A DNA stretch of 64,000 bases from the NCBI GenBank assembly GCA_026989275.1, contig JALSJQ010000019.1, positions 9,194 to 73,193 on the forward strand, in the 5' to 3' direction. Positions within the stretch are counted from its first letter, which is position 1; every line of letters starts with the position of its first letter. The position numbers and the translations under genes are program-made. Source of the DNA: Albidovulum sp. Lineage in GTDB: Bacteria > Pseudomonadota > Alphaproteobacteria > Rhodobacterales > Rhodobacteraceae. Positions 52,125 to 59,586 of the stretch are shown in pieces. The notes under the pieces are model-generated. The model saw only the letters and a list, made by a program, of their open reading frames with translations, was not told the DNA's origin and ran no database searches.

Positions 52125-53456
52125 TCAGCCGGCCCCTTCTGGCAGCCAGCCCGGCCGGCCGACGGCAAGATAGCCCTCGAAACCGGCGCGACGGGCGGCC
52201 TTCGGTTCGTAGATGTTGCGCAGATCGGCCAGCCGCGGCCGGCGCATCTTCCTGGCCAGCCGCTTGAGATCGAGCGCGCGAAACTCGTTCCATTCGGTCA
52301 GGATCACCGCCACGTCGGCCCCGCGCGCGGCCTCGTAGGCATTGTCGCACCACTTGACGCCGGGCAGGAGCGCCTCGCCCTCGCGCCGCCCCTCGGGGTC
52401 GGTCACCCGCACCTTCGCCCCCATGCCGACGAGGGCGGGCACGATGGTCAGCGAAGGCGCCTCGCGCATGTCGTCGGTATTGGGCTTGAAGGTGACGCCG
52501 AGCACCGCCACCGTCCTGCCGCTGACCTCGCCGTCGAGCAGATCGACGATCTTGTCGATCATGCGCCGCTTGATCGCATCGTTCACGCGGATGACGGTCT
52601 CGACGATCTCGAGCGGGGCGGCATGTTCCTGCCCGATCCGCGCCAGCGCCCGGGTGTCCTTCGGGAAGCAGGAACCGCCGAAGCCGGGGCCGGCATGGAG
52701 GAACTTGTTGCCGATCCGCCCGTCGAGCCCCATGCCGCGGGCCACTTCCTTGACATCGGCCCCGACGCGCTCGCACAGCGCCGCCATCTCGTTGATGAAG
52801 GTGATCTTGGTGGCCAGGAAGGCGTTGGCGGCGTACTTGATCAGCTCCGCCGTCTCGAGATCGGTGACCACGATCGGGAAATCGCGCAGATAGAGCGGCC
52901 GGTAGATCTCGCGCATCACCTCGGCGGCGCGCTCGTTCTGCACCCCGATCACCACCCGGTCGGGGCGCATGAAATCGTCGATCGCCGCGCCCTCGCGCAG
53001 GAATTCGGGGTTCGATGCCACGTCGAAGTCGGCATCCGGCCGGGCTCTGGCGATGATCTGCTTGACCTTGCGGTTGGTGCCGACGGGCACGGTCGATTTG
53101 GTGACGACCACGGTGTGCCCCTCGAGCGCCCCGGCCAGCTCCTCGGCGGCGGCGAAGACATGGGAGAGATCGGCATGGCCGTCACCGCGCCGGGTCGGCG
53201 TGCCGACGGCGATGAAGACCGCATCGGCACCGCGCACCCCGTCGGCCAGATCGGTGGTGAAGGAAAGCCGGCCCGCGGCGACGTTCTTCGCGAGAAGATC
53301 GTCGAGCCCGGGCTCGTAGATCGGCACTTCCCCCGCTTCCAGCCGGGAAATCTTGCCCGGATCCTTGTCGATGCAGACGACCTCGTGGCCGAAATCGGAC
53401 AGACACACTCCCGAGACGAGCCCCACATAGCCCGTCCCGACCATCGCGATACGCAT
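52125..53456 (-). CDS. ugd: UDP-glucose 6-dehydrogenase
   Basis: MRIAMVGTGYVGLVSG Rossmann motif and catalytic GFGGSCFPKD. 443 aa. Confidence 0.92.
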   Translation of the reverse strand: MRIAMVGTGYVGLVSGVCLSDFGHEVVCIDKDPGKISRLEAGEVPIYEPGLDDLLAKNVAAGRLSFTTDLADGVRGADAVFIAVGTPTRRGDGHADLSHVFAAAEELAGALEGHTVVVTKSTVPVGTNRKVKQIIARARPDADFDVASNPEFLREGAAIDDFMRPDRVVIGVQNERAAEVMREIYRPLYLRDFPIVVTDLETAELIKYAANAFLATKITFINEMAALCERVGADVKEVARGMGLDGRIGNKFLHAGPGFGGSCFPKDTRALARIGQEHAAPLEIVETVIRVNDAIKRRMIDKIVDLLDGEVSGRTVAVLGVTFKPNTDDMREAPSLTIVPALVGMGAKVRVTDPEGRREGEALLPGVKWCDNAYEAARGADVAVILTEWNEFRALDLKRLARKMRRPRLADLRNIYEPKAARRAGFEGYLAVGRPGWLPEGAG

Positions 53457-53583
53457 GCCGCACTCCTCGTTCCCTGTCGCCGCCGGCCGGCCGCCTCGCC
53501 GCCCTGCGCAATGCCCCGTTCATGCCGCGGCCGGCGCCTCGGCGCAAGGGCCGGCCGGGCATCGGCGGGCGCTCGCGGCGGCG

Positions 53584-54435
53584 CTACATGTCGAGGCCGA
53601 GATCGACGGTCGGGGCCGAATGGGTCAGCCGGCCCGAGGAGATGTAATCGACGCCGGTCGCGGCGATCTCGGCGACGGTCTCGAGACTCACATTGCCGCT
53701 CGCTTCCGTCACCATCCGCCCGGCGACCATGCGCACGGCCTCGCGCAGCATGTCGGGCGGCATGTTGTCGAGCAGCACCGCCGAGGCCCCGCCCACCGTG
53801 AGCACCTCCTCGAGCTGCCCGAGCGTGTCGACCTCGATCTCCACGGCGACCATGTGCGCGCTGCGGGCCTTCACCGCCTCCAGCACCGGGCGGATGCCGC
53901 CGGCGGCGGCGATGTGGTTGTCCTTGATGAGGATGGCGTCGGCCAGCGAATGGCGATGGTTGAAGCCGCCGCCATGGCACACGGCGAGCTTCTCGAGCGC
54001 GCGCAGCCCCGGCGTCGTCTTGCGGGTGCAGGTGATGCGCGCTCCCGTGCCGGCGACCCTCTCGACGAAGGCGGCGGTGAGCGTGGCGATGCCGCACATC
54101 CGCCCGGCGAAGTTGAGGGCGACGCGCTCGGCCGCGAGAACGGCATGGGCCGGCCCCGCGACCTCGAGAAGCACATCCCCCCGCCGGCAGCGGTTGCCGT
54201 CGGCGATGCGGATGGCGATGTCGAGGGCGGGGTCGGTCAGCCGGAAGGCGGTGGCGGCGACCTCCATGCCCGAAACCACCGCCGCCTCGCGGGCGCGGAT
54301 GGCGGCATGGACGACGAGGCCCGCGGGCAGCACGGCGCGCGAGGTGACGTCTCCGGCCGTGCCGAAATCCTCTCGCAAGGCATGGGCGACGATCGGCTCG
54401 ATGACGAGACGGGGCAGCGTTTCGGCGTGGCTCAT
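53584..54435 (-). CDS. nadC: nicotinate-nucleotide diphosphorylase (carboxylating)
   Basis: RVALNFAGRMCGIAT..TRKTTPGLR..HRHSLADAILIKDNH. ATGA overlap with nadB. Confidence 0.93.
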   Translation of the reverse strand: MSHAETLPRLVIEPIVAHALREDFGTAGDVTSRAVLPAGLVVHAAIRAREAAVVSGMEVAATAFRLTDPALDIAIRIADGNRCRRGDVLLEVAGPAHAVLAAERVALNFAGRMCGIATLTAAFVERVAGTGARITCTRKTTPGLRALEKLAVCHGGGFNHRHSLADAILIKDNHIAAAGGIRPVLEAVKARSAHMVAVEIEVDTLGQLEEVLTVGGASAVLLDNMPPDMLREAVRMVAGRMVTEASGNVSLETVAEIAATGVDYISSGRLTHSAPTVDLGLDM

Positions 54436-56033
54436 GGGGCACTCTCCGCGGTGCTGGCGGCTGCGGCGGCATGGGCGCGCGCTTCTTCGAGGGTGAGGCG
54501 GGTGCGGTGCGCCCAAGCCGGGTCGGGCGCCGGAAAGTCCGCGCGGAAATGGGCGCCGCGGCTCTCGCGCCTGAGAAGCGCGGCGGTCGCGATCAGCCGG
54601 GCGGTGGCGCAGATGTTGGCCATTTCGGGGCTCGCGCCGTGTCGCGCCTCGATTGCGCTGATCGCTTCGAGGGCGGTTTCGAGCCCCTCTGCGGTGCGGA
54701 CGACACCGACATGGCGGCTCATGATCTGGCGCAGCCTGGCGAGGGCCGCTGCGTCGGGGGGGCTGCCGGTTCCCTCGAAACGGAGGGGCGGGACGGGGGC
54801 CGGGAGGGACAGGCCGCGGAGCGTTCGGGCGATGTCGGCCGCTGCCATTTCGGCCTGCACCAGCGCTTCGAGAAGCCCGTTCGAAGCGAGGCGGTTGCCG
54901 CCGTGAAGGCCGGTGGATGCGCATTCGCCGATCGCCCAGACGCCCGCGAGCGAGCTGCGGCCGTCGATGTCGGTGGCGACCCCGCCCATGTGGTAATGGG
55001 CCGCAGGCGCGACCGGCATCGGCTCCTTCGCCGGGTCGATCCCGTGGCGCATGCAGGCGGCGGCCACGCGGGGGAAACGCTCGTGGATCGCGGCGCCGAC
55101 GGCCCGCCTCGCATCGAGCATCGGCCGCCGCCCCGCCGCCCATTCGCGAAACACCGCCCGGGCCACCACGTCGCGCGGGGCGAGCTCGGCATCGGGATGG
55201 ACCTCCGCCATGAAGCGCCTGCCTTCCCGATCGACGAGCACCGCTCCCTCGCCCCGCAGCGCTTCTGTCGCGAGCGGCGCCGGATCCTCGCCGAGATCGA
55301 GCGCCGTGGGGTGGAACTGGATGAATTCGGGATCGGCGATCAGCGCGCCGGCACGGGCGGCAAGGCCGATCACCTCGCCGCGGATGCGCGGCGGGTTGGT
55401 CGTCAGCGCATAAAGGCCGCCCGAACCGCCCCCGGCAAGCAGCACCGCCGGGGCGCGAAGAAGAAGCGGGGCGGAGTGGCCCCTCCCGGCATGCTGGAGC
55501 GCCAGCACCGCCCCTTCATCATCCGCTTCGAGGCCGATCGCCATCGCTTCCTCGAGAAGGGCGATGGAGGGGGTGGCCCGCACCCTGTCGGTCAGGGCGG
55601 CCATGATCGCCGCGCCCGAGCCGTCACCCTTCACCCGGACGATGCGTGCCCGGCTGTGGGCCGCCTCGCGCGAGAGGGCGAAGCGGCCCTCGCCGGTGCG
55701 GTCGAAGGGAATGCCGAGGGCGGCGAGGCGGTCGATCACCCGCGGCGCGGCGGCGGCGATGGCACGGGCGGCAGCGGCATCGACGATGCCGGCGCCGACG
55801 CGGATCGTGTCCGTGGCGTGGCGTTCCGGCGTGTCATCGGGGCCGACCGCGGCCGCCACGCCTCCCTGGGCCCAGGCCGAGCTGGCACCGCGACCGACGC
55901 GCTCGGGCGAGATGACCAGCACCGGGCGCGGCGCGAGCGACAGGGCGGCGAAGAGCGCCCCCACCCCGGCCCCGACGATCACCACGCGGTCGGTCTCGAC
56001 CAGCCGCCCCGCTCCGGTCGTCATCGCTCCCAT
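54432..56033 (-). CDS. nadB: L-aspartate oxidase
   Basis: FAD-binding motif VVIVGAGVGAL, SSAWAQGGVAAA, HYHMGG and ESRGAHFR. Confidence 0.93.
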   Translation of the reverse strand: MGAMTTGAGRLVETDRVVIVGAGVGALFAALSLAPRPVLVISPERVGRGASSAWAQGGVAAAVGPDDTPERHATDTIRVGAGIVDAAAARAIAAAAPRVIDRLAALGIPFDRTGEGRFALSREAAHSRARIVRVKGDGSGAAIMAALTDRVRATPSIALLEEAMAIGLEADDEGAVLALQHAGRGHSAPLLLRAPAVLLAGGGSGGLYALTTNPPRIRGEVIGLAARAGALIADPEFIQFHPTALDLGEDPAPLATEALRGEGAVLVDREGRRFMAEVHPDAELAPRDVVARAVFREWAAGRRPMLDARRAVGAAIHERFPRVAAACMRHGIDPAKEPMPVAPAAHYHMGGVATDIDGRSSLAGVWAIGECASTGLHGGNRLASNGLLEALVQAEMAAADIARTLRGLSLPAPVPPLRFEGTGSPPDAAALARLRQIMSRHVGVVRTAEGLETALEAISAIEARHGASPEMANICATARLIATAALLRRESRGAHFRADFPAPDPAWAHRTRLTLEEARAHAAAAASTAESAP

Positions 56034-56039
56034 CGGCCG

Positions 56040-57089
56040 CTAGAGCCCGAGCTTCTTCGAGAGATCGATCATCCGCTCGACCGCCACCCGCGCCTTCGCG
56101 GCGATGTCGGGATCGACCACCACCTCGTTCTCCCCCGTGAGGAGCACGTAGAGGATCTTCTCGAGGGTGATCTTCTTCATGTAGGGGCACATGTTGCACG
56201 GTTTGGCGAATTCGACGTCGGGCAGCGCATCGGCGATGTTCGCGGCCATCGAGCATTCGGTGACCAGCATCGCCCTTTTCGGCCGATGTTCTTCGACCCA
56301 GCGGATGATGCCGCCGGTCGAGCCGGTGAAATCGGCCTCCGCCACCACGTCGGGGGTGCATTCGGGATGGGCGACGATCTTCACCTCCGGGTCGTGCCGG
56401 CGATATTCGCGCAGATCCTCGGCGGTATAGAGTTCGTGGACGATGCAGGAGCCTTCCCAGAAGACCACCCTTTTCGACGATTGCCGGGCCACGTTCTGCG
56501 CCAGGTAGCGGTCGGGCGTCATGATGACGGTATCGGCATCGAGCGCCTCGACGATCTGCAGCGCATTGGCCGATGTGCAGCAGATGTCGGAAGCGGCCTT
56601 CACCTCGGCGGTGGTGTTGACATAGCTCACCACCGGCGCGCCGGGATAGCGCCGCCGCATCTCGGCGATGCCCTCGGCGGTGATCGATTCGGCCAGCGAG
56701 CAGCCCGCCGCCATGTCCGGCATCAGCACGGTCTTTTCGGGCGAGAGGATCTTGCTGGTCTCGGCCATGAAGTGGACGCCGGCCTGCACGATGATGTCGG
56801 CATCGGTTTCCTGGGCCTTCATCGCGAGCTGGAGGCTGTCGCCGACGAAATCGGCCACGCCGTGATAGATCTCGGGCGTCATGTAGTTGTGACCGAGGAT
56901 GACGGCGTTCTTCTCGCGCTTGAGCGTGTTGATCGCCTTCACGTAAGGGGCATGGATCGCCCAGTCGGCGGGCGGCACCACCCGCTGCATGCGGGCGTGG
57001 ATGTCGCGCATCTCCTCGGCAAGATCGGGATCGGGCGACAGGTCGAAATGCCTCTCGAGGGTTTCGCGGATATGGGTCGTGTCGAGCAT
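56040..57089 (-). CDS. nadA: quinolinate synthase
   Basis: AVILGHNYMTPEIYHGVADFVGDSLQLA and ECSMA, in nadA-nadB-nadC order. Start taken at the ATG at 57089 (MLDTTH); the track ORF extends to 57149. Confidence 0.92.
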   Translation of the reverse strand: MLDTTHIRETLERHFDLSPDPDLAEEMRDIHARMQRVVPPADWAIHAPYVKAINTLKREKNAVILGHNYMTPEIYHGVADFVGDSLQLAMKAQETDADIIVQAGVHFMAETSKILSPEKTVLMPDMAAGCSLAESITAEGIAEMRRRYPGAPVVSYVNTTAEVKAASDICCTSANALQIVEALDADTVIMTPDRYLAQNVARQSSKRVVFWEGSCIVHELYTAEDLREYRRHDPEVKIVAHPECTPDVVAEADFTGSTGGIIRWVEEHRPKRAMLVTECSMAANIADALPDVEFAKPCNMCPYMKKITLEKILYVLLTGENEVVVDPDIAAKARVAVERMIDLSKKLGL

Positions 57090-57319
57090 GTCTCGGTCGC
57101 TCCTCGCGATGATGGCCGCTTCCGGGGGCGGGCATGGCCTGGGCGGCACCCCTTCCCCCGGAGCCCGTGGCCGGCCTCTAGCATGGCAGGGTGACGCAGA
57201 AAAGTGTGCCTCCTCAGATGACGCGTTGTCTCACCCCGGCCCCTCTTCGGTCGCGGCAGGGGAGCGGGGAAGGGCAGGAAGCGGCAGGCGGCGGAGGGTG
57301 GGCCGCAGATGACGTGGCG

Positions 57320-57343
57320 CCTCCGCCCCCGGCGGCGGGTTTT
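57320..57343 (+). terminator. terminator-like hairpin with T-tract on the plus strand, inside the nadA upstream region
   Basis: CCTCCGCC-CCC-GGCGGCGGG followed by TTTTC. There is no plus-strand CDS upstream. On the minus strand the same hairpin follows the stop of the 57463..59586 gene but has no U-tract. Confidence 0.35.
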
Positions 57344-57462
57344 CGCTCCTGCATATGGGCGTCAAGCGGGCCGTTGTCCAGTCCCGGGCGAAGTGTGCGC
57401 TCAATAAGCGCATTTGTTTCATATCGCTACAGACCGTTCTTCATGCACATGCGGGATGTGGC

Positions 57463-59586
57463 TCAACGGCGTCGGCCCGGCGGGCGGCTCTCGATCAGCC
57501 AGCCCGCGGCGAGGAGGGAGAGCGCCGCGAGGGCCGCGAGCCAGAGCGGCAGGAGCGGGGTGCGGGCAATCCCGACGACCGAATGGGCCTCGCGCCGGAC
57601 GAGACCGAGCCAGCCGCGCCCCGCGACCGGCCGGTTCGGGCGGATGCGGCGGATCTCGGGCAGCCCGTCCTCGAGGCGGAAGACCCCGCCGCCCGTGCGC
57701 GCCTGCACCGGCGCGAGCGGCCCCGCATCGGCCACGACACGGGCGAATTCCCGCGCCATGGCCGGGCCGGTGGCGGCAATGGCGGTCAGATCGCCCGAAA
57801 CGAGATGCCACAGGCCGGGCGGGTCGGTCGGCAGGCGGGCCTCGAAACGCCCCGGTCCGAGCCGGCGCCAGGGCGGGCGATGCACGCCGCCTTCGGGGTC
57901 GGTGGCGACGAGCGGTGGCGGCGGACCTTCCGCAAGGGTGCGACGCAGGACGCTCAGCCGGTCGCCCCGGATCTCGCCGATCAGCGCCTCTTCCTCGAGA
58001 TCGGGCTCCTTCATCGTCCAGTAGGCGAGGCGGCGCAGGAGCTCGGCCTGGGGGCCGCCGCCCTCGAAACCGCGGTGCCAGAGCCAGATCTGGTCGGAGC
58101 CGAGAAGCGCGACCCGGCCCTTGCCGACCCGGTCGAGCACGAGGAGCGGCCCGTTTCGTGCTCCGGTCATGGCGACCTCGCCGCGTCTTGCCTTGATCTG
58201 GACCTGCCGCAGCCAGCGGCCCCAGCCGGGACTGCCATCGGCGGCGGGCGGGCGCGGCGCGTTCGCCTCGAGCGTCGCGGTGACCGGGTGGCGCCGCCCC
58301 GTGGCGGTCAGGTGCGGCAGATAGGGTTCTTCCAGAACCGGCCCCTGCGGCGCGGCCGGCAGCACCTTGCGCAGCGGGGTGCGGTAGAGCGAGGCGGCGC
58401 CGGCATATTCGGGCCCGGCCGTCACCAGAAGGGCGCCGCCCTTCTCGACATAGCGGGCGATGTTGGCGAGATACTCCGCCGGCAGGATCCCCCGGACGGG
58501 ATAGCGGTCGAAGATGATGAGGTCGAATTCGTCGATCTTCTCGAGAAAGAGTTCCCGCACCGGGAAGGCGATCAGCGAAAGTTCGTCGTAGGGTACGCCG
58601 TCGCTCTTTCCCGGCGGGCGCAGGATGGTGAAGTGGACGAGATCGACCCCGGGATCGGCCTTGAGAAGATTGCGCCACGTCCGTTCGCCGACATGGGGCT
58701 CGCCCGAGACGAGCAGCACGCGCAACCGGTCGCGAATGCCGTTGATGCGCAGGAAGGCGGTGTTGTTGCGGTCGGTCAGCTCGCCCCTTGCCGGTGTGAC
58801 GGCGATGCGAACGATGTTCTCGCCGCCATGGGTGAGGGTGAGAGGCCAGGTCATCTCGAGACCCGGAGGCAGGTCGATCACCTCGGGCGCGCCGTCATCG
58901 ACCGAGATCTCGACGCGCGCCGCCGCGGGGCGGGCGGCGTCGGGCCCGTCGGCCTCGACCATGAAGGTGATGGCGGTCTCCTCGCCGACGATCGCCCAGG
59001 GGGGGGCCTTGCGGATGACGAGCCGGAGGTCGAAATCGTCCGCGTGCCCGGTGAGCAGGAGATGGAGCGGACGGGGCAGATCGGCGGCGCGGGCGAGGGC
59101 GCGGTCGATGTCGAGCACCTGGCCGTCGCTCACGAGGATGGCACCGGCGATGCGCCGCGCCGGTACCGTGGAGGCGGCATCGAGAAGGGCGGTGAGAACG
59201 GCGCTGGAGGCTTCGGGCCGTCCGGGCGGAGCGGGGGGGACGCGCACCTCGCGGATCTCGAGAGGGGTTTCCCGGCCCGTTGCCGCGAGCCGGGCGCGGA
59301 TCGCCGCCGCTGCGGTCCGGGTCTGGTCGGCCCGGTCCGACAGGCGCTGGGAGCGGCTTTCGTCGATCACGAGGAAGACCACATCGGCCTCGGGAATCCG
59401 TTCCTCGATCCGCCGCTCCGGCCCGGCAAGGGCGAGGAGCAGCAGGAGCGCCGCCCCGACCCGGAGCACCCGGCCGCGCGGAGGGAGCGCCGGCCCCAGA
59501 AGGAGGACGAGCCCGGCGAGGGCCGCTCCGGCAAGGAACCAGGGCCAGGGCAGGAGCGGTGCGAAATCGATCCCTGCCACCGTCAT
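57463..59586 (-). CDS. large membrane protein of the MoxR/DUF58/BatA-type operon (vWA-like / class I amidotransferase-like fold suspected)
   Basis: N-terminal TM helices (LLPWPWFLAGAALAGLVLLL), an internal DVVFLVIDESRS segment that is vWA/MIDAS-like, and a C-terminal TM helix. ATGA overlap with the upstream gene. Confidence 0.7.
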   Translation of the reverse strand: MTVAGIDFAPLLPWPWFLAGAALAGLVLLLGPALPPRGRVLRVGAALLLLLALAGPERRIEERIPEADVVFLVIDESRSQRLSDRADQTRTAAAAIRARLAATGRETPLEIREVRVPPAPPGRPEASSAVLTALLDAASTVPARRIAGAILVSDGQVLDIDRALARAADLPRPLHLLLTGHADDFDLRLVIRKAPPWAIVGEETAITFMVEADGPDAARPAAARVEISVDDGAPEVIDLPPGLEMTWPLTLTHGGENIVRIAVTPARGELTDRNNTAFLRINGIRDRLRVLLVSGEPHVGERTWRNLLKADPGVDLVHFTILRPPGKSDGVPYDELSLIAFPVRELFLEKIDEFDLIIFDRYPVRGILPAEYLANIARYVEKGGALLVTAGPEYAGAASLYRTPLRKVLPAAPQGPVLEEPYLPHLTATGRRHPVTATLEANAPRPPAADGSPGWGRWLRQVQIKARRGEVAMTGARNGPLLVLDRVGKGRVALLGSDQIWLWHRGFEGGGPQAELLRRLAYWTMKEPDLEEEALIGEIRGDRLSVLRRTLAEGPPPPLVATDPEGGVHRPPWRRLGPGRFEARLPTDPPGLWHLVSGDLTAIAATGPAMAREFARVVADAGPLAPVQARTGGGVFRLEDGLPEIRRIRPNRPVAGRGWLGLVRREAHSVVGIARTPLLPLWLAALAALSLLAAGWLIESRPPGRRR

